A stretch of 64,000 nucleotides of DNA from the NCBI GenBank assembly GCA_963753345.1, contig CAVWBU010000021.1, forward strand, positions 96,001-160,000, in the 5' to 3' direction. The first letter of the stretch is position 1; each line of letters begins with the position of its first letter. Positions 1 to 10,234 of the stretch are shown here, one piece after another. The notes below the pieces were generated by a model. That model was given only the letters and a program-made list of their open reading frames with translations, made no database searches and had not been told where the DNA came from. The position numbers and the translations under genes were made by a program. This stretch comes from an uncultured Fibrobacterota bacterium (lineage in GTDB: Bacteria > Fibrobacterota > Chitinivibrionia > Chitinivibrionales > FEN-1185).

Positions 1-410
1 ATCCGTTGTAGAGCTTTCAGTATATCCTTCATGCCTTTAATCTTTGCCGGATCATCCGCCGGTCCTACAAGGACAAAGTCGGAATAACAAACCGGGCGGA
101 GATTTACCGCAAATCCATCTTTTATAAATTGTGCTTCCTCGTCAGGCTCATGCCCCATCATGACATCAATATCCTCGATACCTTCATGGTCTTTTATAAA
201 ATGAATGGCATCCCCTGTGCACAGGGAGATTACCTTGACGGGTATCTTGTATTGCGTTTCAAACAGCTTGGCCAATCCATTGGCCAAACCGGGAGAAACG
301 CAGGTCACGGGGAAAATGGCCTTAAGCTCCCGTGGAGCATTCTCCTGTGCCTGTACGCTCTGCGGCCATACGAGGAATAAACAAAAAAGAATCGAGAACA
401 TTATTTTCAC
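1..410 (-). CDS. TupA-like (tungstate ABC transporter family) substrate-binding protein, runs off window start
   Basis: Manual translation from GTG at 410: MKIMFSILFCLFLVWPQSVQA (signal peptide) ... DIDVMMGHEPDEEAQFIKDGFAVNLRPVCYSDFVLVGPADDPAKIKG, which resembles the TupA/PBP-like signature. AAGGA lies upstream. Confidence 0.7.
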   Translation of the reverse strand, partial: MKIMFSILFCLFLVWPQSVQAQENAPRELKAIFPVTCVSPGLANGLAKLFETQYKIPVKVISLCTGDAIHFIKDHEGIEDIDVMMGHEPDEEAQFIKDGFAVNLRPVCYSDFVLVGPADDPAKIKGMKDILKALQR

Positions 411-434
411 AGCCGAACTTTCCTTCTTTAACTC

Positions 435-2786
435 TTAGAATCCGCAATGGACCTGGAGGAATAAATAGTATGAATTGATATTGTCTGTTATCTCGAATCC
501 CCCGTACGGATTACTGTATGGATCAGGAGCCATCGGATCATTGTATGGATGATGAACCGTTCCCGAGGAATTGTAAAAAACGTAATTATATAAGGAGACG
601 CCCGTCGTCAATATCACATTTAGGCCGGCATACCTGTCCTTAATCATTAATTGAAAGGTTCCATTATTATGATAATAGTTCTGTAGAGGATCAAAGAAGT
701 CATTGAACAGTTCGAATTGATAGCCAATGGAAATCGAAGTTTTGGGGGTGAACTTCCAGTCGTATACCAAATAGGCGTTATTTGCCATGGTATTATGATG
801 ATATTTATAGTCCATAAGTGAGTCCGATCTGGGGCCGTAATCGTCCCATTCATAGATGTTTTTATATTTGGGGGTTAAAAACATGTCTTTTAAAAATGGG
901 AGAGCCCAGATATATTCGCATTTGTTTACGAGGACCAACGAAGAAATGTTTTCTTCGGTGTAGTTGAACTCGAGGTGAGGAAGATGTTTGGTAAATTCCC
1001 ATTTACCTCTCGTGGTGAAATTGAAGCCGCGGTTCCTGTAAATGTCATACTGCGCAACCAACATTTCGACCAGCGCATCGCGGTAATCCAACGGATCCAC
1101 GTGGGTAGTGTAATTCACAGCATCCGTATGCAGGTTGAGATTATAGCCCACGGTGGAGGTCAGCCAATGGTTGGGGATGTTGTCCTGCACGTAGCGGAGA
1201 TAATTTTTAAGGGTGAGCTTTTTGTCATCCGCGAAATTATGCTGGTACCCAATCAAGGAGTACAGGTCGATGTCCTTTTCGGGGGCATATATATAACCGA
1301 CCGGTTGCCCATTCTGATACGTCATTTGAAAGGAATTCATCTCACTTCTCTCGGCTATCCCGCCCAGGGCAAGATTAAGTTTTGGAAGGAAATCATATTC
1401 GCCATACAGATGTAAACCATCGAGCCCCTTGCTCACCTGACGTTCCATGTTAAAACTGATATCGGCAGAATCCTGCACAACATCATCAATCCATTTGCCG
1501 GACCTGTCATCCTGCCGCAGGTATCGTTCGCCGGAAAGATAGTAACCGGGCACGTGAGGATAATCCGGATACGCGTCGTCTTCTACTTCATCCGGAACTC
1601 CATTGTTGTTTCGGTCGAAATACACGTCCGACTTGGGAGGATCACAATCGTAGCTCAAAAAATCTTCTTCCCAATCATATATGCCATTTTTGTTCTTATC
1701 ATATTTTATTGGGATCACCCCGTCCCAATCACCTCCCCCGTACGGAAGGAAATTTACCTTGCCTTCTTGGCCGTTTTCCGGAAATTGGTCCTTATCGTCG
1801 TTGTCTTCAACAAGTTGATACAGGTATTTTTGGCTTGACAGGTCTCCTTGGGGAAAAGCGGGGTCGTAAAACGTCGTCTTATAATTGTGATTGACAATAT
1901 ACCCTTCGCCGCCCAATTTCAATTTGTCGAAAATGTTGCCCACGGCACTAAGGTCAACTATATTTCCCGGCTTCGGTCTGAAATTACCGTCAATCACCTC
2001 CTGGCTTTGGGCCCATTCGACGTTCGCCTTCAGCCTTGGAAGGTTACAATCGGCGTTAAGCCCGTAGATTTGCAGCGCGGTCGGGGTATTTGGAAAGAGA
2101 GAGTCGTACGTGCCGTCCAGAGAGCCGGACAGGCCGTTCACTTGATTGCGCTCATCTATCAAGGTACCCCCGATATCAAAAAGGCCCTTGATATTCTTAT
2201 TCGCGTGAATTCCATGGAGCCAGTCTGCGCCGGGCATTATTTCGTAATCCTCCATGTACATTCCGTAAATTCCCGTATTTGAGATTCGTGAATTGATGAT
2301 TGACAGCGAGTTCATCCCGTAGAGCAAATCAAAGAATATGTCGATGCGCGCGCCGCAAAACAAGCTCTGATTAAACGTATAGGGCGTAAATTTGGTTGCC
2401 ACCCTGTCGCCAACCAGGGCCATGATCCCGCGGTTATCGGCCATGTCGCCGACCTGCACCATGCCATTCAACCACTTTTTCAGAATGGGAGAGAGAGCGA
2501 TGTCGGATTGCTCGCGATTCGAATTTCCGTTCATCGACATATCAAAAAGATTGAATCCTTCGACGAGATGATTGCCGAAAATGTCATAGTAGTTCCATTC
2601 GGGGACTTCGCCAACCCAGGTAGGGTTCAAATAGGAACCCTTCTGGGCGTAATTGGCATAGTATTCGGGAGGCATCTCCAAGGATAAATTGTTGAAGCCG
2701 TCGGGTATGTAGTTTAATGCCGGCGCCTCGGCCGCAAAAAAAAGGAGCGCCGTTGAAAACAGGCAAGCCCGATTGAGCGTCTTCAT
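435..2786 (-). CDS. Secreted/outer-membrane hypothetical protein with DxNxNG Ca-binding-like motifs
   Basis: ORF 435..2828; likely start MKTLNRACLFSTALLFFAAEAPA (signal peptide). Contains DKNKNGIYD and DRNNNGVPD, aromatic beta-strand-like segments and a C-terminal Phe. Confidence 0.6.
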   Translation of the reverse strand: MKTLNRACLFSTALLFFAAEAPALNYIPDGFNNLSLEMPPEYYANYAQKGSYLNPTWVGEVPEWNYYDIFGNHLVEGFNLFDMSMNGNSNREQSDIALSPILKKWLNGMVQVGDMADNRGIMALVGDRVATKFTPYTFNQSLFCGARIDIFFDLLYGMNSLSIINSRISNTGIYGMYMEDYEIMPGADWLHGIHANKNIKGLFDIGGTLIDERNQVNGLSGSLDGTYDSLFPNTPTALQIYGLNADCNLPRLKANVEWAQSQEVIDGNFRPKPGNIVDLSAVGNIFDKLKLGGEGYIVNHNYKTTFYDPAFPQGDLSSQKYLYQLVEDNDDKDQFPENGQEGKVNFLPYGGGDWDGVIPIKYDKNKNGIYDWEEDFLSYDCDPPKSDVYFDRNNNGVPDEVEDDAYPDYPHVPGYYLSGERYLRQDDRSGKWIDDVVQDSADISFNMERQVSKGLDGLHLYGEYDFLPKLNLALGGIAERSEMNSFQMTYQNGQPVGYIYAPEKDIDLYSLIGYQHNFADDKKLTLKNYLRYVQDNIPNHWLTSTVGYNLNLHTDAVNYTTHVDPLDYRDALVEMLVAQYDIYRNRGFNFTTRGKWEFTKHLPHLEFNYTEENISSLVLVNKCEYIWALPFLKDMFLTPKYKNIYEWDDYGPRSDSLMDYKYHHNTMANNAYLVYDWKFTPKTSISIGYQFELFNDFFDPLQNYYHNNGTFQLMIKDRYAGLNVILTTGVSLYNYVFYNSSGTVHHPYNDPMAPDPYSNPYGGFEITDNINSYYLFLQVHCGF

Positions 2787-2827
2787 GGCGCGCAAGCTCC
2801 TTGACTGGTGCACATAGGCAATGCTCA

Positions 2828-3412
2828 TTATTGCCCTCCTGCAGCGTGGGGATCGGCCAGTTGTATGGTGTCAATCGGGTATTGGAGGAGCGTATCCAAT
2901 TTGTGCAGGGAGGTATCAGGATCAGGCGTGAGTTGAATCATCGTCACAAAGAGCCGGGTGCTTGCGGCGAGTATCACCCCGGATGCTTGAGAAACGGCTA
3001 TTGGCACAGTGTCAAGGAATCCGCCGACGCTGTCGAAGGCAAGGTGCACGATACCCGGTACGCTGCCGGTATGTGTCTCGACCGCCAAATCAAGGTAGTT
3101 TTGCGTGATATCCACAGGGGACCCTGGGTTAGTGGTGATGGTTCCATAGAGGGTTCGTCCCGTGAATGTTGAATCATGCCCGTTAAAAATGATGCTCGCG
3201 CGTGTGCCTCCTCCAGAGGGGAAGTCGTATACCCATTCTACCGTATCGGCGTAGAGATGAAAGGTATACGGAGAGAAATTGTATTGTGTGTCGATAGGGG
3301 CGACTACTGTTTCCATCCTCCCATTGAGGACATCAAGGGATACACTGGTACTGCACTGCATTATCAACACAACGATGCTTACCAGCAACGTCACCATGGT
3401 TACTTGCCGCAT
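2828..3412 (-). CDS. Hypothetical lipoprotein
   Basis: Hydrophobic N-terminus ending IMQC; GGAGG RBS; directly upstream of the next gene on the same strand. Confidence 0.6.
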   Translation of the reverse strand: MRQVTMVTLLVSIVVLIMQCSTSVSLDVLNGRMETVVAPIDTQYNFSPYTFHLYADTVEWVYDFPSGGGTRASIIFNGHDSTFTGRTLYGTITTNPGSPVDITQNYLDLAVETHTGSVPGIVHLAFDSVGGFLDTVPIAVSQASGVILAASTRLFVTMIQLTPDPDTSLHKLDTLLQYPIDTIQLADPHAAGGQ

Positions 3413-3437
3413 AGCGCCTCCACTGGCCGATAAGAAT

Positions 3438-3490
3438 TGAATAGCACAGCCCGCTCAAACCCCGCGCCATTTGGAGCGGGGTTCTCCAAT
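3438..3490. repeat. Short palindromic element shared with 35201-35317
   Basis: TTGAATAGCACAGCCCGC is identical at 3438 and 35201, followed by a CCCCGC...GCGGGGTTCT(C/T)CAAT hairpin end. Confidence 0.6.
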
Positions 3491-3788
3491 GTTCCGAGGT
3501 GTTTGTTTATCCGCTTTAATAAGAGCGTCCCATGGCCGCTTTCCGACCTTCGCGCCGCCTAAGACCAACCAAAATACTTCATTAAGATTGAGAGAGGCAA
3601 GCAGAGAAATTCTCATCCGTTGAATGGAAAAAATTATGTTGAACCGTCAGGAATTATCAGCAGATTTCAGGGTTGCGGCATGAAGATCGGGCACGGATAC
3701 CAATCTCATTGGATCGTGTTGGCCCAAGTTATTTTAGGGAACAGAGAGCCTGTCGGTTTCACGCACAATTCTCCCACAAGGAACTATC

Positions 3789-4913
3789 ATGAAGAACACC
3801 ATTTCCCGCCGGTCATTCGTCAAGCAGGTCGGCGCAGCCGGCATTACCGCGGGCATCGCGGGCATTTCCATCAAGGCTGCGGAAACAAAACCCGTAGCGG
3901 ACCCGGCAACGGAAAAAATCCGCAATTACAAACCCACAATGGCGTATCGGACCATCGGAACCACAGGCATTGCCGCCTCGGTGTTCTCTCTTGGCACCGG
4001 CAATGTCAAGGCCGATATTCTTTCCGCGGCCATCGATAGGGGGGTGAATTTCATTCACACGTCTTTTCATTACATGAACGGTCAATCCCTCGGGGTGGTG
4101 GGCAAAGCGATCAGTGGAAAAACCGACAAGGTGTACATCGCGCTCAAAGACGATTTCCCCTCCATCGAAGAAGCGTTGAAAGCGCTCGGGGTGACCTCGG
4201 TTGACTTCCTGATGTTCAACCGGCACAATGCCGGCGACCTGAAAAAGGAGTTGCCCGCGATCAAGGAGAAATTCATTGCGTGGCGCGACAAGGGGCTTGT
4301 CAAATTCGCAGGCCTCACGGTTCACAAGGACACCGCGGCCGTGCTTGACGTGGCGGCCGACGCCGGTTTCTTCTCCTGCGTCATGCCCGCCTATCCGCCA
4401 AACCAGGTGGAGGAACTCGCCGCCCAGCGCGACAAATTGCGCCAGAAGAACATCTCGCTTCTTGCAATGAAATCAAAGGGGGAATTGAACGCGGATGATT
4501 ACGTGGCTCACATCCCGAAGGTCCTTGCCGATAAAACCGTCAGCACGATCATAAAAGGGGTGGGCTCGCTTGACGAACTAAAGGCATGGTCTGCAGCCGC
4601 GGTATCAGCAAGAACCGGCCTGCTTCACCGTATCATGAATGGGTATGGAACGGCTGCCTACAGCGGCTGCAACATGTGCGGACAGTGTGAGCAGGAATGC
4701 CCGGCGGGAATCGCCACGTCAGACATCATGCGATGCATCAGGTATTATCACGACAGTGAGCGCCTGCCGCAGATGGCTGCCTCGGAATTCCGCGCTATGG
4801 GCCTTGCGCAAGCGGCGCTGCGATGCGATGGCTGCGGCAAATGCGAAGCGGCATGCCCGCAGGGCTTGGGGATCATTGAGGACATCAAGCGCGCGCAGAG
4901 CACGCTCGCATGA
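3789..4913 (+). CDS. Aldo/keto reductase-like oxidoreductase with Tat signal and C-terminal 4Fe-4S dicluster domain
   Basis: SRRSFVK twin-arginine motif; MAYRTIGTTGIAASVFSLG AKR N-terminus; two CxxCxxCxxxCP motifs. Confidence 0.8.
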   Translation: MKNTISRRSFVKQVGAAGITAGIAGISIKAAETKPVADPATEKIRNYKPTMAYRTIGTTGIAASVFSLGTGNVKADILSAAIDRGVNFIHTSFHYMNGQSLGVVGKAISGKTDKVYIALKDDFPSIEEALKALGVTSVDFLMFNRHNAGDLKKELPAIKEKFIAWRDKGLVKFAGLTVHKDTAAVLDVAADAGFFSCVMPAYPPNQVEELAAQRDKLRQKNISLLAMKSKGELNADDYVAHIPKVLADKTVSTIIKGVGSLDELKAWSAAAVSARTGLLHRIMNGYGTAAYSGCNMCGQCEQECPAGIATSDIMRCIRYYHDSERLPQMAASEFRAMGLAQAALRCDGCGKCEAACPQGLGIIEDIKRAQSTLA

Positions 4914-4934
4914 CGGGAAACAACAAGGGCAATA

Positions 4935-5657
4935 ATGCTTAAATTGACAACCAGGATGATCGGTTTCGTACTTGCCGCAATGATGGCCGTGCTTTCGTGT
5001 GCGATATCCATGCCTGGGCTGGTCGGCCAGGACGCGCTTCGCAACAGCGCGGTGGAAATGAAGGTGAGCGGCCGGTCAAGCTTGAAATTTAGGCAATCGG
5101 TCGTCTACGGGCCGTTTCATACGGACACCTTTAGCACCGGGGCCGTAAAAGTCAATCACGACAGGCCCCGGCGCAGCCCTATGGGCGATGACATCTCGAT
5201 ATACACGAACGCGACCCAGGGTTTCCACTTCACCCAGTACGATTCGGCGGGCGATACCATCGGCGTGGAATGCCTTGACACCATACATGCCAAGACCACT
5301 CAGTACGGCAGTCTAGTGCCCGATGAAGTTTCAAACAGCCACTATGAGTTACATTTATCAAAAAACGACAGCGAAAAAGTGTTCCTCATGTATGTAAAAG
5401 GAAAACCGCTCGCTATTCCCTTCGGTAAAGATACCATAAAGATGACCGACGAGGACAAATACGATGCGAAAGAAAAAATGGTGTTTCAGGGCATTCTTTT
5501 TACCAAGTCGGGGGAAACAATAGCGGCCGCCAGCCTGATGAACGAGGGAGCGGTATGGATCAAAAAGGACCTGGACAGCGCATGCAAATTGCTGATCGCC
5601 GCACTATCGACGGCGATGCTTGTGCAGCCCAACCTTGAAAATGCATCAAGGCGGTAG
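4935..5657 (+). CDS. Hypothetical lipoprotein
   Basis: Signal peptide with lipobox VLSC; 240-aa ORF. Confidence 0.6.
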   Translation: MLKLTTRMIGFVLAAMMAVLSCAISMPGLVGQDALRNSAVEMKVSGRSSLKFRQSVVYGPFHTDTFSTGAVKVNHDRPRRSPMGDDISIYTNATQGFHFTQYDSAGDTIGVECLDTIHAKTTQYGSLVPDEVSNSHYELHLSKNDSEKVFLMYVKGKPLAIPFGKDTIKMTDEDKYDAKEKMVFQGILFTKSGETIAAASLMNEGAVWIKKDLDSACKLLIAALSTAMLVQPNLENASRR

Positions 5658-5799
5658 GCTTGGCAGGTTGCCTTGACCTTTGGCTTTTTCAACAGCAGTG
5701 TCAGGGGAAAAATCTCAACAGATGTACTTGTCAAGTTCTTTGTCTCGCAGGCCCCATGTACTCCAATGCCTGGGCGGCACGCCGCCCCGTAACGTTCCC

Positions 5800-8397
5800 T
5801 CATCCCAAACTTCCGAACTTCCTCAACCAAATGCTTGGCTCCCCAGATGCCCGCGACTTGACAAGATCCACTTCAAACTCCAGCACCCAATCGTTGGTTC
5901 CCTCCGGATCAACCAGCATTTGTTGCACCCGCCAGATCCCTTTTTCCGGAAGGGGCGCTACATAGGTGTGGCGGATGTTCCGCGCGTCCGGGTCGAGGCA
6001 AATGGCGTGGTGGTCCGAAAGATAAGTTTCTAGAGTCTGTTGAAGCTTTGCAGGTGTCCAGGAAGGATCGGCAGTTATTGAGTTATCATAATCAGCAATG
6101 ACGCCTTCTTCCGTAATGGAGGATGGATTGACCCGATTTATAATTTCGACCGCCGCCTCAAAATCTCTTTTGATGACCGCGGAAATAAAGGTGAAGATTT
6201 TGGCTCTTATCAGTGAAGTGAATTTCTTAGCGTCCCGGGTGATGTCCTGTTCCGCGGCATCGGCGCCGGGAGGCCGGACTTCTCGCAGTATCGGCCGCCA
6301 GGTAGGATGGATCGCGCATCTTCTCCCATTCGTCAAGCAGGCTGGAGTCCACCTGCCTTATCATGGTGCCGAGATACACTTCCATTTCATCGACGACGTC
6401 GTTCTTGGCGGCGCTGGGCACCGTTTGCACAAGGACCTTGTAGACCCCGTTGACGTGGCGCAAAAGCAATCCTTCAACGCGCTCGAGATCGTACGAACGG
6501 ACATAATCGGCAAACGAGCTGTAGGTCTCGAACATTTCCCTCACGATCGATTTGGGCCGGATGTTTTCCTGGCCCAACCAGGGGTGGCGGTCCGAAAAGT
6601 CGTTGAACGTGGAATACACGAAGTCGCGGTCGGGTTTGGGGTATTCCAGCTTGTCAAGCTCTTCGATGCGCTCGTCGAACGGAATGCCCTGCATTTTCAT
6701 CTCGGCCATTTTCTGCGTTTTGAGTTTGTCCAGTTGTTTGCGCAGAATGGAGTCGGGGTCCTCAAGGATGGACTCGATAAGGGTGAGGAGCCGGAACGGA
6801 TACTCGGGCGCCTGCGCGTCGAGAAGCGGCAGCGTTTCCAGAAGGTACAGCGACAGGGTCTGGTCCATGGAAAAATCGTCCTGTAATTCAAGGTTGACGC
6901 GGACCTTCGCGCCGCCAGGCGTTTGGCCGGTGAACTCGATTATGTGGCGGTTGACAAGCGATCGGAAGAGCTGCCATGCCCGCGTGACATGTGCCTCCTT
7001 TTGCTTCGCACTTTCGTGACAGCGGGCGACAAGGTCGCGCATAGCGGCGCATCCGTCGGTGTCGCGGCTCAGAACGTTGAGCAGCATGCCGTGGGAAACC
7101 TGGAAACGCGACACGAGCTGTTCGGGCTTTGCCGCCACAAGGCGGTTGAAGGTGGCAATGTCCCAGTTGACAAAGTTTCTTTCCGGCGGTTTGCGCTTGA
7201 CGAATTTCCTGCCGCCCTGCGACCGCTTCTCTTCGAGCGCGCGTTTTCTATGGTGTGTTCGGGCGCCTGCGCCACGACCCATCCGCAGTCGTCGAACCCT
7301 TTGCGGCCTGCGCGGCCGCATATCTGATGGAAGTCCCGCGCGCTCAAAATCGCGGTCTTCTGGCCGTCGTATTTGCAAAGGCGGGTGAGCAGCACCGTGC
7401 GGATGGGAACGTTGATGCCCACGCCGAGAGTATCGGTTCCGCAGATGATTTTGAGCAGCCCCTGCTGCGCCAACTGCTCGGCAAGCACCCGGTACTTTGG
7501 CAGCAGCCCTGCATGGTGGATTCCGATGCCCTGGCGCAGCCATCGCTTGATGTCCGGGCCATAGGGGCTGTTGAACTTGAAACCCGAAACTGCCTTGGCA
7601 AGCGCGTCTTTTTCTTCACGCGTGCAAATGTTAAGGCTCGTGAAATTCTGCGCATTCTGTGCCGCCTCGAGCTGGGTGAAATGCACCACATAGACCGGGC
7701 TCTTGCCTTCCGCGACAAGCGATTCAACCGTTGCGGACAGCAGCGTGACGGCATAAGAATATACCAGCGGGACGGGCCGGTCGCCGGATACCACGCTCAC
7801 CGTGGGGCGGGACGTGAGGCGCGTGAGCTCTTCTTCGAAAAACGACGTTTCTCCCAGCGTTGCAGACATCAGAAGGAACCGGGCCTGCGGAAGCGTGAGC
7901 AGCGGCACCTGCCAGGCCACGCCGCGTTCGCGGTCCGCGTAGTAGTGGAACTCGTCCATCACCACGTCCTGGACATTCGCCTTTTCCCCTTCGCGCAACG
8001 CTATGTTGGCGAGGATTTCCGCAGTGCAGCAAAGGATGGGCGCGTCATGGTTGACTGTTGCGTCTCCGGTGCACAGCCCCACGTTGTCGGGCCCGAACTC
8101 GCGGCACAGGGCGAGCCACTTCTCATTGACCAGCGCCTTGACCGGGCAGGTGTACACCGAACGTTTGCCCTGCCCAAGAGCCTTGAAATGCGCCGCCATT
8201 GCAACCAGTGATTTTCCCGACCCGGTGGGAGTGTTCAGAATCACATTCTTCTCTTCGAACAATTCCAGGATCGCGGATTCCTGCGCAGGATACAGGTGAA
8301 GATGCCGGTCCTCCACATAGGCGAGGAACCGCCCCAGCAATTCGTTATTGTCGGGTTTGTCGCATTTGGCAAGCTGTTCGTACAGTGTGGGGAGCAT
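5800..8397 (-). CDS. Ski2/HelY-like DEAD/DEAH-box helicase (DUF3516 type), split by two frameshifts (about 7220 and 6300)
   Basis: Motifs [26 protein letters not shown] and QICGRAGR. ORFs 7069..8415, 6227..7543 and 5800..6336 join into one protein. Confidence 0.85.
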
Positions 8398-8584
8398 TGG
8401 GGTAATTATAAACAATCAATGTTTGGATGATAAGGCGCGGTTGCTTTCACTAGGCTATTAAGATACGTCAAGAAACAGGATCGTGTGAGCGTAAGAAAAG
8501 CAATCGCTGCCGGGAAGCCATGAACCGGGGACCGCAATTTTCGCATTCATCCTGCCGTAGTAAATAGGGAGGAGGGAGGGCAAC

Positions 8585-9643
8585 GTGAAATATGCGACAT
8601 TTATAGGAGCAATTATTATGGGCGCATTTCTTGTAGAATCGGATGCAGCGGGAGCGACGGCGATTGCAACCTTTGCCGGCGGATGCTTCTGGTGCATGCA
8701 GCCGCCGTTCGATTCGCTTCCGGGCGTGGCGAGCGTCACCGTGGGCTACACCGGCGGCACGGTAAAAAACCCCACGTACGAACAGGTGTGCACAGGCACA
8801 ACCGGCCATTACGAGGCGGTGCAGGTTGCGTACGATCCCGCGAAAATATCCTTTGACAAGCTGCTTGACGTGTACTGGAGGAGCATAGACCCCACGGATG
8901 CGGGCGGCCAGTTCGCCGACAGGGGACGGCAGTATCAGACCGCCATCTTCTACCACTCACCGGAGCAAAAGATGCTTGCGGAACAGTCAAAAGCTGCGCT
9001 TGAATCGTCGCACCTGTTCAACAAACCGATCGTCGTCGCGATCCTTGCGGCGTCGGAGTTTTACAAAGCGGAAGAGTACCACCAGAAGTACTACTGCAAA
9101 TCGCCTGCGCATTTCAAGGCCTACGAGAAAGGGTCGGGCCGCGAAAAATATCTGGAGTTGCACTGGGATTTTCCGCAGCCGACCTCGGTTGCGCCGTCGC
9201 CGCAGTACCGCAAGCCTTCCGACAGCGATTTGAAGAAAATCCTCACACGCGAGCAATACAATGTGACTCAGCAATGCGGGACTGAGCCGCCGTTTGCAAA
9301 CGAATATTGGAACAACCACCGTCAGGGTATTTATGTTGACGTGACCACAGGGGAGCCGCTGTTCTGTTCAACGGACAAATTCGAATCAGGCACGGGCTGG
9401 CCCAGCTTCACAAAGCCCATATCGTCCGGTGCCGTGAAAGAGAAAAACGACGCCTCGGATGGAATGCTCAGGACCGAAGTCCGCAGCACCACCGGCAACG
9501 CCCACCTCGGTCATGTTTTCAACGACGGCCCTGCGTCGGCCGGAGGCCTGCGTTACTGCATCAATTCTGCTTCGCTCCACTTCATTCCGCGGGAAGACTT
9601 GGTGAAAGAGGGGTACGGAGAGTATGAGAAGATGTTCAGATAA
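8585..9643 (+). CDS. msrAB: Bifunctional methionine sulfoxide reductase MsrA/MsrB
   Basis: [29 protein letters not shown] and RYCINS motifs. Confidence 0.95.
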   Translation: MKYATFIGAIIMGAFLVESDAAGATAIATFAGGCFWCMQPPFDSLPGVASVTVGYTGGTVKNPTYEQVCTGTTGHYEAVQVAYDPAKISFDKLLDVYWRSIDPTDAGGQFADRGRQYQTAIFYHSPEQKMLAEQSKAALESSHLFNKPIVVAILAASEFYKAEEYHQKYYCKSPAHFKAYEKGSGREKYLELHWDFPQPTSVAPSPQYRKPSDSDLKKILTREQYNVTQQCGTEPPFANEYWNNHRQGIYVDVTTGEPLFCSTDKFESGTGWPSFTKPISSGAVKEKNDASDGMLRTEVRSTTGNAHLGHVFNDGPASAGGLRYCINSASLHFIPREDLVKEGYGEYEKMFR

Positions 9644-9677
9644 TTCTCTCGTGTAAATTAAGAAGAAGAAGGTCTAA

Positions 9678-10154
9678 GGGGGGATGTTTCCCCCTCGCTT
9701 CGGCCTCCTCGGCCTTTGGCCTGCGGTGTCCTCCGCTACCCCCTCCTGGGTAGCCGCCTTGACAAAGCAGTTGCCAGACCACACATTGTTGTGGCGGCAC
9801 CCGAGAAGAGTAGTTGAGAAGTTGAGGAGTTGAGAAGCTAACGCGTAGACGCGTTAACACGGTTACGTACTCATATTTTGGATGCCGATTGGCGCGAGAA
9901 GAAGTACTTGACAGAATAGACTTCCTTTGCCGCGCGCCAGGCCGGAACGGAGGCCGCGTTAGAACGTGGTGCCGCCCGGACCCGCCTTTTGTAGAGACGC
10001 AGCGGCGCTGCGTCTCTACAAAAGGAATAGGGCCGTGGCGGCCCGAGGCTGGAGGCCGACGACCCTTGGAAGCACCCGAAGGGGTGGACCGGAAGGAGAA
10101 CCGACCTCGGGTAAAGCCGCAAGGCATTGCGGCTTTACCCGAGGGAACGCCCAA
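9678..10154 (+). repeat. Bipartite structured intergenic repeat, copy A
   Basis: GGGGGA..TCCCCCTCGCT start, CCGCTACCCCCTCCTGGGT, GTTGAGAA octamers, CCGATTGGCGC, GGGAACGCCCAA end. Strand given is the putative folded strand. Confidence 0.9.
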
Positions 10155-10234
10155 TCTCATTTGTATCTCTTAAAGTTCAAGAAACAATCCAACCTTTTCC
10201 CCGCTCCCAAATCTAATATTATAAGGGCCGGTAT

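Noticed and set aside
3490-3610. Possible riboswitch (Moco/Wco or c-di-GMP) upstream of the TupA-like operon
   Set aside because: Only partial resemblance (GGAAAG..GGGACGC); the conserved cores could not be matched by eye. A cmscan would be needed.
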